The notes: generated by a model not told the origin, from the sequence alone. Positions 10,785 to 24,703 are shown, counted from the first letter of the whole stretch. The stretch: DNA of 60,957 nt, filler included, from Dugesia japonica (GCA_001938525.1; 6 parts of 6 records of this genome joined end to end with filler, not necessarily neighbours in it); one strand, 5' to 3'. Translations and numbers: made by a program.

Positions 10785-13700
10785 ATGTCAAGCGCGAATA
10801 TTCATTTTAGAAGAACGGAAGGCCAGAGATAATACTTTGGCACTTTAGCACTTTAACTTAAATAAAAAACTATATATTAAGAACCAACAACGCAGGACTT
10901 TATTTTAGTCGCCAATATTCTAATAAAAAGAGAAAGAGGAAAAAGTGGTCCTTATAAAGTTTTTGATGTTTCTAAGTTCAAGAAAAGGGTCTTCTTTAAA
11001 GTTTATGAAAAATTTACAAGATCAATATTTGTATAAATTTTATTTTAGATTCTAAAAAATTTCGATACCAAATTTTCATTTAGAGAAATGGATGGCCATT
11101 GATAACACTTTACCTTTTGAAGAACATCAGTTTAGAGACTATTTATTTAGTGAATTAATAGTAAATGATTTTAATCGCGTTACCCATCTTAGAGCGCATT
11201 ATTATCGCCGATATAGAGGCGTTGTTCATACATATCCGATTTCAACTTATTTAATGACGGAACAAATCCTTAAAAATTGTTTAGAATTCATATTAGATGA
11301 CATTACAAATAATAATCCTAATTATACAATAAAGATAACAGCATTTCGAACTATGATTAGACTAAATCCAAATAGTTATTTCACACAGGAACAAGAGAAA
11401 CTATAGTAAATGAATTCTTTGAAAAATTAAATCACATTTTACAATCAGCAGAAGAAATAGATATTGATGCGATAAAATTTGAATTTCTATTTATACCTTT
11501 ACCAAACGGTACAGGAAGAAATTACCGTATTCATGGCGCTTCTAAATCAACTAATCAAATATTACAAAACGTTGCTGCGAATTCAGTTAATATGATTAAT
11601 AATACGGATACTATATGTTTATCTAGAGCAATAATAGTTGCTTTAACTTATAATAACTTTACTAATGAAAATTATTTTGATTTTGATGCAAGAGATAATA
11701 GAAGAAAATATTTTAGACGCGGTGGCCCAATTCAAACAGAATATGCTAATAATTTTCATATACAGGCAAGAGTTCCTATAAATCAAAGTGGTAGCAATAT
11801 TAATGATTTAAAAGTAATTCGAATTATTTTTAAATATAAGAATAATAGTTTATACTTGTAATAATAATGAATCAATCATATATAGAGGAAATGATTTATT
11901 NGAGAAACAAACATTTATATATCTAGAGAATAATCATTTCAACGCTATTGCTAAAATATTCGCATTCTTGCGGTCAAATAAATATTGTCATCATTGCTTA
12001 ATAGGTTTCCAAAATCAACATACATGCCCCATGGTATTATTGTTGTCAAGAAAGAAAATTGTAAAATGCGATGATTGTGGTAAAGAATATTCGAAACAAT
12101 ATTCACACAGTTGTGGCAAAAAGAATTGCCCTATATGTCATGAATTTTATACACCATCTTTCAATAATCACAAGTTTTATATTAAAAATAATGGCGGCAA
12201 ATTTAAAATTAGCAGTTCTTATATTTTCTTTGATTTTGAAGGAACGCAAGTAAATAGAGGATATCATGAGATAAACTATGCAATTGCATATGATTCATTA
12301 AGAAAAGTATTTTATAAATTTCAAATATAGTTACTATATTTAAAATAATTAGTGAAACATCTAACGAGGAAACGAAAGAAGAAATGAATTGGAAATTAGA
12401 CGAGCTAAATGTTAATAATATAATGGATATATGCGTAGCGATAAACCAAATAATTATAAACGATTCGAAATCTTTAATAGATACTTTCTGCAAATTCTTT
12501 ATTAGCTTGAATTTTAAAGATTATACCTTTATAGCGCATTATTCTAAAGGGTACTACAATCAACCAATATTAGATTGGCTAATTAAAAATAACTTACCTT
12601 TAGAAGAAATAAGTAGAGGAAATAAAATTATACATATTCGGGTAAAACATTTTAATATTAGATTTATTGGCTCCTTATGTTTTACTTTATGCCCTTTAAA
12701 AGCATTTCCCGAGACATTCGGTTTTAAAGGAATAAAAGGAGAATTCCCTCATTTAGCCAATACAACAGGAAATCAGAATTATATCGGCGTTTTTCCCGCT
12801 TTGTATTATTATGTTTATGATATTATGAGTAATACGATAAAGGAAAAAGAATCCGATCAATTAACTATAAAACAAAAATTAAAAGCTTGGCATGATGAGA
12901 GAATAAATAACAATGAAATATTTAATTTTCAAAATAAATTATTTTATTATTGCCTAACAGATGTAATGATATTAACTAAAGGATGTTTACTATACAAAGA
13001 TGTTTTTATGAATATAAAGATGCCTAATGGTAATTTATTGAATCTAGACCCATTTTAATATATTACTACCAAAACGTTTATGTCTACAACAAATAATAAT
13101 ACAATAGGGATTCCAAGACTATCTGACTTTGATGGCGTTTTTCTTCCAAATCTTTACATTGGCTCGAATACTTAAGCTATATCAATAAAATCAATATACA
13201 ACACGCCAAAAGAGGAGGAAAAAAGGCAATAAGTAACTATAAATTAGATGAATATTATTATGACTCGATAAAACAAATTCATTACGTTTATGAATTTAAT
13301 GGATGTTACTTTCATGGATGTTTAAAATGTTATTCGAAAGAAGAAATATGTAAGAAAGAAAGTAAATCAATGGAATATTTAAATAATAGAACTCAAACTA
13401 AAAAGAATAATATTATTGAATATTTTAAGGATAGACGAGAAAAAGTCGAATATATTACTTTGTGGGAATGTGAATATCAAAGATATTTATTTGAGAATCC
13501 AAATTTTTAAAACTTTAAACCTGAAGCATCTTTAAATAAATTAAAACCTAAAGATGCTTTTTATGGAGGAAGAACTGAACCATTTAAATTATATTATAAA
13601 GCAGCTAATAATCAAAAGATTAGATATGTTGATGTAGTTTCATTATACCCGACTGTTAATAAATATGACGAATATCCGATAGATCATCCCCAAATATTAT

Positions 13701-14238
13701 TTAATGCAATTCCTGAAGAATATATAAACCTAAATAATCTATTAGTTAGAATTAATGAAAATGACCAACCATATTTTGGCTAAATTAAATGCAAAATGCA
13801 GCCCCCTAGAAATTTATATTTGCCTGTATTACCTTTTAAACCAGAAACAATAAATGCTCATAAATTATTATTCGGATTGCGTAATACCTGCATGAATAAA
13901 ATAAATAGCAAATGCCCACATCATAAATTAAATACAACGTGCACATTTAAAGCGCAAGCTTTACATAATGATAATACTTGTGGACAATATATGAAAAATA
14001 AAGATGAATATGCATATAAGACAAAACAATGCACATTATTTTTTAATTTTAGAAACGCGCCATGTTTTCATAATGATGAAGAAAGATGTATAACAGGAAC
14101 TTGGTCAACAATTGAAGTAAATAAAGCTTTAGACAAAGGATACAAATTATTACATATATATGAATTATATCATTTCTCTAAAACAATAAAGACTATGTAA
14201 ATGTATTTATGAAATATAAATCAGAAGCAGAATGTAAA
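10785..14238 (+). pseudogene. Protein-primed DNA polymerase B with OTU-like N-terminal domain and VSR-like nuclease insertion
   Basis: INNTDTICLSRAI...NNHF (OTU-like Cys/His), YIFFDFEG (ExoI), IAHYSKGY, KGEFPH, YCLTDV, YEFNGCYFHGC...LWECE (VSR-like), FYGGRTE, YVDVVSLYP, GTWSTIEV. Start approximate. Confidence 0.92.
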
Positions 14239-14338
14239 NNNNNNNNNNNNNNNNNNNNNNNNNNNNNNNNNNNNNNNNNNNNTTAATTAATTAANNNNNN
14301 NNNNNNNNNNNNNNNNNNNNNNNNNNNNNNNNNNNNNN
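14239..14338. other. Artificial scaffold spacer N44-TTAATTAATTAA-N44
   Basis: Exactly 100 bp, with stops in all six frames. Identical copies at four other positions. Confidence 0.95.
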
Positions 14339-15760
14339 TTGAGATATTAGTTTGTTATTTTTCAAGTCAAATTGTATTTGCACAATAGGAATTTATACAT
14401 TCATATATATTTCCTGCAAATATTACTAAGTCCCTAAGTAATTAAATTAAAATTTATAATTAAAATATAAACCAATTTTATTAACATTTATTAAATTTCC
14501 ATTAATTTCCTTAATTTATAAATTTTACAGAATTTAGCAAGGATATAGAAAGCCAGTAAATAGAGTAAACAAGTGGATAGAGTAATCAAACAGGCACAGA
14601 AAATCGATCTGATACAGTAAAACCCGCGAGTTTCAGTAAATCAATAGAAAGAGTAAGCCTTTGTGACACAGTAAGCCTGTATATAAAGTCAACGGATACA
14701 ATAAAACCCATGTGTTTCAATGAAGCTTATAATACACAGTAAAGCCAATGTATTTCAATAAAGTCAATGGTTACAGTAAACCAATGGANNNNNNNNNNNN
14801 NNNNNNNNNNNNNNNNNNNNNNNNNNNNNNNNNNNNNNGATAACATTTTGAATTAAAATTGTAACCATCTATGTGTAAATTGAATCAAGCTATGAGTAAA
14901 TTGTAACCACTTTTGCGTAAATTACGATTAACTATGTACAAATTGTGACCCTCTGTGTAAATTGTCATCATCTATTGTACATTGAGATATTAGTTTGTTA
15001 TTTTTCAAGTCAAATTGTATTTGCACAATAGGAATTTATACATTCATATATATTTACTGCAAATATTACTAAGTCCCTAAGTAATTAAATTAAAATGTAT
15101 AATTAAAATATAGACCAATTTTATTAACATTTATTAAATTTCCATTAATTTTCTTAATTTATAAATTTTACAGAGTTAAGCAAGGATATAGAAAGCCAGT
15201 AAATAGAGTAAACAAGTGGATAGAGTAAGCAAACAGGCACAGAAAATCGATCTGATACAGTAAAACCCGCTAGTTTCAGTAAATCAATAGAAAGAGTAAG
15301 CCTATGTGACACAGTAAGCCCATATATAAAGTCAACGGATACAATAAAACCCATGTATTTCAATGAAGCTTATAATACACAGTAAAGCCAATGTATTTCA
15401 ATAAAGTCAATGGTTACAGTAAACCAATGGATAGAGTAAACCAATGTGACACAGTAAAGCCCATGTGTTTCAATAATGCTAATGTGACAAAGTAAAAGTC
15501 TTGTATTTCAGTAAACCAGTGTGACACTGTAAAGCCCACATTCTACAGTAAAGCCAATGAACATAGTAAACCAATGTGTTTCAATAAAACCATTGTAACA
15601 CAGTAAAGTTCACGTGCTACGGAAAAACCAATGAGATATAGTAAACCAACTTGAAATAGTAAGCCTATGTGATACAGTAAACAAAAAGGTTTAGTAAGCA
15701 AATGAATACAGTAAGTTAGTAGATATAGTAAAGTAGGGGACATTGTAAACCAATGAACAC
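14339..15760. repeat. Degenerate minisatellite array plus a ~450-bp duplication
   Basis: Many ACAGTAAA(G)CC(A/C)ATG units at 14550-14788 and 15190-15760. ~21-bp TGTGTAAATTGTAACC-like units at 14855-14980. 14339-14788 recurs almost identically at 14982-15432. Confidence 0.8.
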
Positions 15761-17005
15761 CAATTAACACCACACATAGTTAGTATTTTGTCATAGTATA
15801 TGCTCAAATTAGTCAATTCAAGTAAATTATTTCATTTATTACAATAATTTAATTTAATTTTAGTCTATTAATCTAATCTATCCTAATTATGTTTAGAAAA
15901 ACATGTACTATAAAGAAAAATTATTATTATTATTATTATTATTAGTAAGTCTTGTAATTTAAATTTGTTTTTATTTTGTAAATTTTTACCATAGCAATAT
16001 TTTAATAGTTTTGATTTTTTATCAATGTTATATTATTATTTTCAGTTTTTTCAGTTTTTTAATGTAAATAGTTTGTAAAAATTTTAACGCTTATTTTTAA
16101 AAGTAAATCAAAATTTATATCATAAAAACATTAAAATTTGTCATTTACTGTAAAAATCATGAATTTAAAATAAAATGTAAAATTTTGAAATTTAATGAAA
16201 ATGAATTAAAATTAACACATGAAATAAAATTATTNNAATAAAGCATTTTTATACAGCAAACCTTATATACACAATGTTCAGTTTTTTATTCTAAGTTTAA
16301 TGGTCTAAAAATATTTTAAAACTTATTATTATTTTAATGATAATTATAATTTATAATTAATTATATAATTATATATTATTTTGAGAACCATGAATATTTA
16401 TACAATAAACCTTGTGTGAAATATGTTAAGTTTTTTATTCTGAGTTTTAAAACACCAAATTTGTTTGACTATCCTAAGTATTTTCCAGAAAAGAGTTTTC
16501 TATCTTTCGAACTAAAAATATTTTTACGATAAACCATATACATAAAATGTTAATAATTTTAATCTGAATTGAATGCTATTGTTGAGATGCTTTGGGGATT
16601 GTTGCCAAAGCAAATAAGCAATTGCGTGAGTTTATGAGTTTTGTTAACGTAAATTAAACAATCCGAATTAATTATAATAAACTTATAAGACTCCCTTATA
16701 TGACCTTAATATCGTTATTATATATAAATTATATTCGTATATATATACTATATAGTCGAATTTTTAACTGAAATATAAAATTACTTTAAGCAGAATTCTT
16801 TATTAATGTATAACAATAACAAGTTACTATTTTGATCTCGCGAGTGTCGTTTCAGTAAAACTCGACTCGACTTGAGATTTTAAAAAATGGTGCTAAACTA
16901 AAATTTGTACAAGTATTTATATCCAATTCGTTGATGCATGTGCATCCTTATAAAAATTACAAATAAATAAAAATTACGCATATTCACATAGTAAATTCAA
17001 ATATA

Positions 17006-17103
17006 AATCAAAATTGTCGTAAAATGTTTACCAGATAAATCAAAATTGTCGTAAAATGTTTACCAGATAAATCAAAATTGTAGTAAAATGTAAAATGTTT
17101 ACC
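17006..17103 (+). repeat. ~31-bp tandem repeat, about 3 copies
   Basis: TAAATCAAAATTGTCGTAAAATGTTTACCAGA repeated. Confidence 0.8.
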
Positions 17104-17648
17104 TCAAAATTTAAATCAATCATTACAGTAATATAAAGTTCAATTATTAACGAACAACACATGATAAATATTAAAGTTCATTAAATATTGATAATTCCAA
17201 TAATATAATAATAAAGCTTCGAATATTAAAATTCGTCAACAAATTGTCAATAATAAAATAATTTTTTTCAATTTAAATTGTCGATTCATAATTTCAATTA
17301 AAGTTATTAACGAATTTGATTTGAGCTGCTCCTTTGATTGATTGGACTGCTTCTGATTGTGCTGCTTTCTCTGTGTATGTATTGTTTGTTATGTTGCGTG
17401 TGTGCATTTTTTCAATTCCCAACACTATTATTTTCAGTGCAATACAATAAGTATTGACTGAGTAATTTTTAAAACAATATCAACTGTGCCAGTGCTGACA
17501 TCCCTTTCTGAGAGAACCAAGCATATTCATATAGCAAACACTATATAAAAAATGTTCAGTTTTTAATTCGTTGTTAAACAATACTAAATTTATTTGATTT
17601 TCATTAGTATTTCTAAAGTGCGGTTATGATAACAGGGAATTTTTTTGT

Positions 17649-17685
17649 CAATTTCTGAAGAAGACCAAGTCGAAATTACGAATTG
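17649..17685 (+). ncRNA. Minimal type I hammerhead ribozyme-like motif with a degenerate cleavage triplet
   Basis: CAATTT-CTGAAGA-A-GAC(CAA)GTC-GAAA-TTAC-GAATTG: stem I, core CUGANGA, 3-bp stem II and GAAA are all present. Confidence 0.7.
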
Positions 17686-17999
17686 TCATCAAATATCAAT
17701 AGAAAAATAAAAATTTTTGATCGAAGCTTTTATTTAAAATTAATTTTGTAAAACGATCAATGGTTATGTCCAACAATTATTAAATTAATATCAACTCTGA
17801 TGCCCTTTGTTTTATTTGTATAGATAACAAAGACATGTATTGCTAAAAGCTGAATAATCTAACATTAATTTTCATGGTATTTCGTTTGTTTTATATTATT
17901 GGACTATCTGTAAATAAATATACTTTAAATTATTTCAAATCAGTGTTGTCCAAATTGTGTGTCAAGTTTAATTTCAAAAAAATGCTAATTTCTTCCTAC

Positions 18000-19900
18000 A
18001 AGTAATTTTTATAGTTTTTTTAGCAGTCATTAGAAATTCAAATTTTTTTAGTTATTTACAAAACAAAATTTTTCTGAAAAATATTTTATATATAGATCTT
18101 CGTCGAATCTAAGACTCTCATCGTTGAATTCAAGAGCTTTTGTATCCATGAAATATTTATTAAAATATAATAGATAAAAATGCTTTTTTAAGAATCATCT
18201 TGTTTCTTTCAATTGTGAGAGGCAGCATTTAGATGTATTGCAATTCATTACACTCGAATTTGTCGAATAAGTGGCAACATTGACCATGTTATGTAAGTCC
18301 TGAAATATTTCAACAATTAGGTTTACATCATTGGCATGCACCAGGCATTTGCATTCATTAATCCTTGCTCCAGCATTTTGTAAAAGATTGCATTCTGTTA
18401 ATATCGTATCGAGAGAAACATTGGAAGAAAATTATGAATAAAGGGCAACCTTGTCGATTTCATCTGTTCACTTTTATTTGGCAAGTGACAATGTTTGAGC
18501 AGATATTACTTGAGGAACAACCATATTAGATATTGTTGATGACATTAGTTGCATTAGTATCCATTTCCATAATTTTTAAAGGTTCGCTAATGTGATTAAC
18601 ATGAATACTTCGAAAGGCCTCTATTATATCTAAATATATGTAGAGATGTTTGTGCTTCATAATTTTTAATTAGCAATCTGGTGATATTGTTATCTTCAGC
18701 ACAGCCTTCCAATTTACCTGTTCCTTTCTGTAATGGGAAAACAATCGGTTGCCCATTGTTCTATTTGTTTAAACAGACAAGCAGTACATAATTTATACAG
18801 GCATTCTAAAAGAGTTATTGGTCGCTATGATCCAATTTTCTTGTATTGGCCTTCCTCATCAGGTTTCAGAATTAAAATTGTTAAGTATGGTTTCCAATGT
18901 TTAGGAATAGAACATGAGCTAATGATTTTGTTGAAGAAATTGCAGGCTAATTGGAGCTTGGTCCCATAATATGTAATACCATTACAAGTCATATTACTCG
19001 TTTCAGGACTATTGTTATGCATAGATTTCACGATCTTAATAATCTTATTCTGACTGATTGATCCGAATTTAAATTTAGAACTACATCGAATATGTGGAAT
19101 AACATTCCGCTAAGTGACATTGAGGTTCAATTGATTTTTGATTGAAGAAAGTCTTTAGGTTTTTTTTCTAACTTTTCTCTTTAATTTCTTTGCTTTGAAG
19201 CCTTTGTTGCTAGATGTATTCAGTAATTGTGGTTATTATTTCTTCTGGTGTTGAGTTTTAAAGTTCATTTGGTACATGAATAGTATTCTTTTAAAACCTC
19301 AAATAAGATTGGCTATGCAATTAATCTTTTCTTACAGTATATTATTGATTTAAATAAATTGTTTATAAACTCTTAATTTGATTAACAGTAAAAAAAATTT
19401 ACAATGTTTTTTTGAGAAATTCAAAATTTTTTTAATTTTTTCAATGGTGTGTTGTGGAAATTTTATGTTATGTGTATCGGGTAAAGAAAACGTTTGACCA
19501 ACACAAATAAGATAAATTAGTTTGTCAACAATAGTTTATTGGTAGATGATCAGAATTGTTTTGGAAATTCAATTTTTGAATGGCTGAAAATAATACTACA
19601 AATTTCTAAAAAAATTTTTTTATTTTTCTCTATATTAAATATTTGTAGATGAATAATTTCTATTCAACATTGCGTCGATTTTTGCGTTCGTCTCATTAAT
19701 AGCCTAAATTTATCCCTGATTTAGTAGTTGTAAAAATGGGGATAAATTTTACATTCAGTGTTTTTAACAATTATTTTGGATTTTAGGTGTTACTTACAGT
19801 TGAGAGAAAGATAATAAAGTGCTTGTGGATTTGGCATGTGTTAAATAATCTAGCATTGTCAAATTAAGTCTTATTTTCTACGTGTACTCAAATTTCTATA
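18000..19900 (-). pseudogene. Non-LTR retrotransposon (LINE) relic with endonuclease end and RT
   Basis: SDHLP near 19545, then IPKHWK...LILKP...RPITLLECLYKL, YLDIIEAF and LVHANDV (decayed YADD). Boundaries approximate. Confidence 0.7.
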
Positions 19901-20659
19901 CATTTTATTTTTGTGATTTCAGTGTCAAATTTCATTTTTATCTCAAGAATCATTTCTTCTATTTCAATCAATTTTATTTTGAAGTTAATTTTTAAAAATA
20001 CAACTACTGGGATGTACTGCTGAAACATTATAACCAATAAATTGATCCTTTCAAATGTTTGTATGTTTTTATCCAATTTTTTTATCATTTTTAAGCATTA
20101 AGATTTCACGTCAATTTGCTTTTATAACAAGTATAAAGATAAAATTGGAGATAAATTTACGAATCTAATAGTGTTCTTAAGGAAAATTAATACTATTCGA
20201 TCAATTTTTCTAACACTTACCTTATACCAGCTTATCAAGATAAAAATGCAAATTTAATCACTAAAAAAGTGAAGAACATTTTTTATAATGGAAATAAAGT
20301 AGAAACATAAAAATTACAAAAGAAATTTCTTTCAATTAATAAAATTAAATTAATTATTTTATTAAATTTATAATTTATAAATTAAATAGTTTTTACAAAT
20401 TAAAATTATCAAAATGCAAAGATCAAATTTATTTTCTTTCTATTTTCATAGATTGTTCAAAGTCTTCATTAGTATCGATTGTTTAATTCATTCCAAAACC
20501 TTAATAGAAACACAATTCAAATTAATTTGATTCAAATAAATTCTCATTGGTAAAGAAAGCTTCAACTTTAAATTAATTCAAAATGTTTTCGGATTTAATT
20601 TGGACAAGCGTTAAAATAAAAGTTTTCACTAAGCCATTGATTTAAGTTTATCAAATACA

Positions 20660-21760
20660 CCATAAACCAGGCTCAGGATATCACCAACTTGGAATTACAG
20701 CAAGTAGAGCTTCTAATAAGCCTTAGTCAGAGTCAAGTCGCGCGGGCAGAGGACATTGATCCGTCTCCAAGTCTTGGACAAGCAAGTGAGATGAAGGTGA
20801 TACAACCCAGAATAATAAAAACTTTCTCGGTGGGACAGGAGTTCGCAGTCCATCTAGCCGACGTGGATAAAGGATTGATCAGAGATGATGGTGATTAATG
20901 ACCATCAACTCGAGTGAACCTTGATGTGAAGTATATTTAGAATGGGCACGTTACATGTTATCAATTATCTATGCTATGTTAGCAGCTTTGTAATCTATGT
21001 AAACAATTTGTGTTATTTTAAATATTATCATATTATTCGTGTAATATCGATTATTCTGTGTGACTATACATGTTCTACCTTTTATATAATGCGTTGGTGT
21101 GAAGATACGAGTATTGTGACAGAAAAGGAATGGTATCAGGTGTCCAGTGGGATGAAAGAAGACTACTACTGATTAGACCCTTGACTGCAGTAGCGACTTA
21201 CACATGATAAAATCATCTAATTAAAAAATTTAATTGGTAACTTTTTCATTCAGTACCCAATGAAAATCCGTCAAGTTAACAAGAAGCGAACAGATTAGGC
21301 CCAAAGTTGAGATTAAAGACAAAGACAATTCAGCTGACGAAAGAAGAGGGCATACTGCGACAGTGGAACAATAAGCTGTGTGTAAAGGAGTTGAGCATGC
21401 GGACTTGATTTCAGAGTTACTTTCAAGAGACAATTGAGGATTGTGGACGAGGAGATGTGGACGTGATTATAAGGAGAAAAGAAACCAACTCGAGCGACGA
21501 TAGAACAACGACTAAATAAAATTGCTGTGTTCTGTGTTTTCTTAATTGTTCAAATATATGTTCCATAGCTGCCTTTCCTTAGTTGCATTAAGGAAATAGA
21601 TAGTACAAGAAGCGAAATTCACAATACGGGTTTCCACATAGATCCACTGAATCTGTGAAATTACAACGCATGAAGATCGTGCCCAAGTCTTGTGGTTTCC
21701 AGGTCATACCCAAGATTAACATAAAAGGAAAAGGAAAATTTATCCAACGATATAATCATG
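20660..21760 (+). mobile_element. Possible LTR-retroelement 3' end or LTR remnant
   Basis: GC-richer island with a short coding-like tail and an AATAAA near 21515. No diagnostic domain or TSD was established. Confidence 0.25.
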
Positions 21761-22891
21761 AGATTGACTGAAACCGAACTTCATAAAGCCTGAAAACCAA
21801 ACAAATAAATTATTAACTATTGTAAATAGTAGAACGACTAAATGTATAATTTTAAAATTTCCAAAGGTTAGAAAAATAAAAATTTAACCTAAGCTGAAAT
21901 ATTTTCAAATGTATAGTATTAACATCGATAAACGATTGGTTTATACTATTGCAAATATTTTACTCGTGTATAGAACCTGGTCATTTATCTTTGTAAAACT
22001 ATTTTATCATACCATATAATAAAGAAATTCGAATCTGAAACTAGATTTTGTCATACCTTCATAAATCTATGTAAATTTCTGTTATTATCTTTGTTATAAA
22101 TATAAGTGTAACTTCAACATCAGAATTCGATATATTCATACCAAAAGATTTAATTCGTTCAAATTCGTTCTATATATGTAAGGCTAACTAAACCTTGTTA
22201 TAAATATATATATTCTATCGAAACTTAATCAGTGACTGTGAGTTACATGCAATAAAAACGTTTAGTTAAAATAACATATATATGGTTTTATTTATCATTA
22301 ACTTTGGTTTTGTTTAATGTTATTTAATGAATTTAAATAGTATTAAAAACGAGAATTTGTTAATTGTAGAAATTCACCTTTAGGGTTTTTCTCTTTTTTA
22401 TAACAAAGTAAGAACATAAATTTCTAATTTGTAAATTTTCCCCATTATTATAAATATAATAAGAATATAGTGTCAACATGTTATGTAGATCTTGAGTTAT
22501 TGAAATCTAAAAGGATTATAAAAATAAATTTCAACAGGTTTTATATTAAATGATTAAAAGAATTCCCCTATTATTTTTCATTACTATTTCGTCTAATAAA
22601 TAAATCTTTATATAAATTAAATAAAAACTTATAAAGGCTTAAGTCGCTAGAAGAGTAACAGAAGTTAGATTCATGAAGCAAATTTCGAAAAAAATAATCT
22701 GTAACATATTGAAATTAATTATATGGGATAATTATAATTTGAATGAGATCTTAAAATATCGGTTTTTCTATAAATAATTTTAAAAGAATTTCTGAGTAGT
22801 TATTTATTAATATGAGGAAAATGTTTCTATTGTTTCTCTTTCTCACCATATGGATGAGGTTAGTTAGTTTATTCCAATTTACTAATAATTT

Positions 22892-22892
<1 letters not shown>

Positions 22893-22956
<64 letters not shown>
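22893..22956 (+). repeat. (AAT)n microsatellite
   Basis: Perfect trinucleotide run at a contig end. Confidence 0.95.
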
Positions 22957-23056
22957 NNNNNNNNNNNNNNNNNNNNNNNNNNNNNNNNNNNNNNNNNNNN
23001 TTAATTAATTAANNNNNNNNNNNNNNNNNNNNNNNNNNNNNNNNNNNNNNNNNNNN
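22957..23056. other. Artificial scaffold spacer
   Basis: N44-TTAATTAATTAA-N44. Confidence 0.95.
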
Positions 23057-23308
23057 TTTTAACTGATGATGAATTATCTATAAGTAAAAATATAGTTAAT
23101 GAAGTTCATGAATTAATATCTGGACATAAACAAGAAAAAAATAAATCTCATTAAGAAAGTTAAAAAATGTTAGTAGAAAATCAAAGTTAAGTTATTAATG
23201 AAATGAAAATGAAATTAGGAATGTAATGACACATAAATTTGTATGTAAAATATTGGGTATGTAATTTTTGACACACATGCGTGCCTGATTAAATTATTTC
23301 TTTATAAA

Positions 23309-23989
23309 ATGGAAGATGTTATATGTAAAATTGAACAAGTTATACCTAAAATTAAAAATGGAGAAAAGTTAAAAAAAGAATTAAAAAATTTAATAATATC
23401 ACTTGATAATTTAATTAGTTCTGAATCTGAAAGTGAACAAATATGCGCTACGCTGGACTCCGTACAATTTAATGAAGAAGAATATATAGAAATGAAACAT
23501 GATCAAGATGGAACTGATAATGAAATAGAATCAATTGTATCAGAATCTAAATCTGTACAATCTGAACAATCTGAATCTGAATCTGAATCTGAACAAACTG
23601 AAACTAATCAAAATCAAATTGTTAGATTTAACATTCAAGATACTTCATCAGATAATTTAGTGATTATTAATAACCCTGATAATTTAACATTATTAAAAAG
23701 AAATACATTTAAAGAATTACCAGATTTAGAAGAATTTGATCCACCTAAATTTAATATAAAAATTAATCCAAAATCAACACGAACTATTCAGATGGAAAAT
23801 GGACAAATTAAAGATGTAGAAAATAAACAAATAGTTATTGGACAAATGATATTACCATTACCAATAGGTAAAAATGAAAAAGATACAATAAGAAGAACAA
23901 TAAAAGATGGAAAAAAAATAAGATCAAAATATTATCCAACAGATAATGAAGATGATGTTAAAATGGCAATAAATAAACCAACTATGTAA
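23309..23989 (+). CDS. Polinton hypothetical protein with acidic/Ser-rich centre, probably 3' truncated
   Basis: 226-aa ORF with an ATG start. It ends where the homology of the convergent ATPase breaks off. Confidence 0.6.
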   Translation: MEDVICKIEQVIPKIKNGEKLKKELKNLIISLDNLISSESESEQICATLDSVQFNEEEYIEMKHDQDGTDNEIESIVSESKSVQSEQSESESESEQTETNQNQIVRFNIQDTSSDNLVIINNPDNLTLLKRNTFKELPDLEEFDPPKFNIKINPKSTRTIQMENGQIKDVENKQIVIGQMILPLPIGKNEKDTIRRTIKDGKKIRSKYYPTDNEDDVKMAINKPTM

Positions 23990-24370
23990 TGTAACAATTA
24001 TACTTCTTGATTTTTTAGTAACTAAATTTTTATCTAGATAATAATTAATAACTTTATATGGTGAAGTATAAGTCTTAGGAATTATATTTTGTTTTTCAAA
24101 CATTAAAGTTATCTCTTCTTTAGTTAATCCATGTTCAAATCCTAAGTATAATAATTGAATTTCAAATTGTGAAATTGTTGTAGAGTAAATTATTAAATTG
24201 TCATAATCTAAAAATTNNNNNNNNAATAACATTTTCATTAATAATACATTTTTACCACAACCTGATGATCCAATCATTAAAAGTCTAAAATTATTAGGTA
24301 GTACTTTATTATTAAAATGTGTAATGTTATTATTCCAGATATACATGCTATTTTCTATATGTAACATATG
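23990..24370 (-). pseudogene. A32-like packaging ATPase, N-terminal half
   Basis: PNNFRLLMIGSSGCGKN (Walker A), highly similar to 53695-54080. The Walker B half is deleted. Confidence 0.85.
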
Positions 24371-24703
24371 GTAAATTATCATCATCATAATTATCATTTG
24401 AATAGTCTACATCTTTTGGCAAATTTATTAAAATAGGATAACCATCATTATCAAGTTCATATTTACATACTATTTATATTTTATATTTATTTATTATTTT
24501 ATTTATGCTAATTGGTAAATTATTATCTGATCTTGTTTTTAGTATACCAATTAATTTTCCTAAATTATTATAACATGTTAAATCAAAATGTTTAGTTTTA
24601 TTTATTACATAATCCCAATAATAAATTTTTTCTAAAATTTGTTTAGATGTTAAATCATCATTAATTATATCTTGTGCTATATCCATTTTATTAAGATTTA
24701 ATT

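Larger units (their letters stand above)
8126..14238. mobile_element. Polinton/Maverick fragment A (penton-like, integrase, pX-like and ATPase on minus; pPolB on plus)
   Basis: Clustered Polinton hallmark genes, all decayed. Right end cut by the assembly spacer. Confidence 0.9.

Noticed and set aside
14283-14294. Recurrent TTAATTAATTAA as a biological motif or piggyBac target
   Set aside because: Always centred in 44+44 Ns, so it is an assembly linker.
17290-17410. Possible Helitron or coding fragment on minus (EKAAQSEAVQSIKG)
   Set aside because: Too short, with no Rep or helicase motif.
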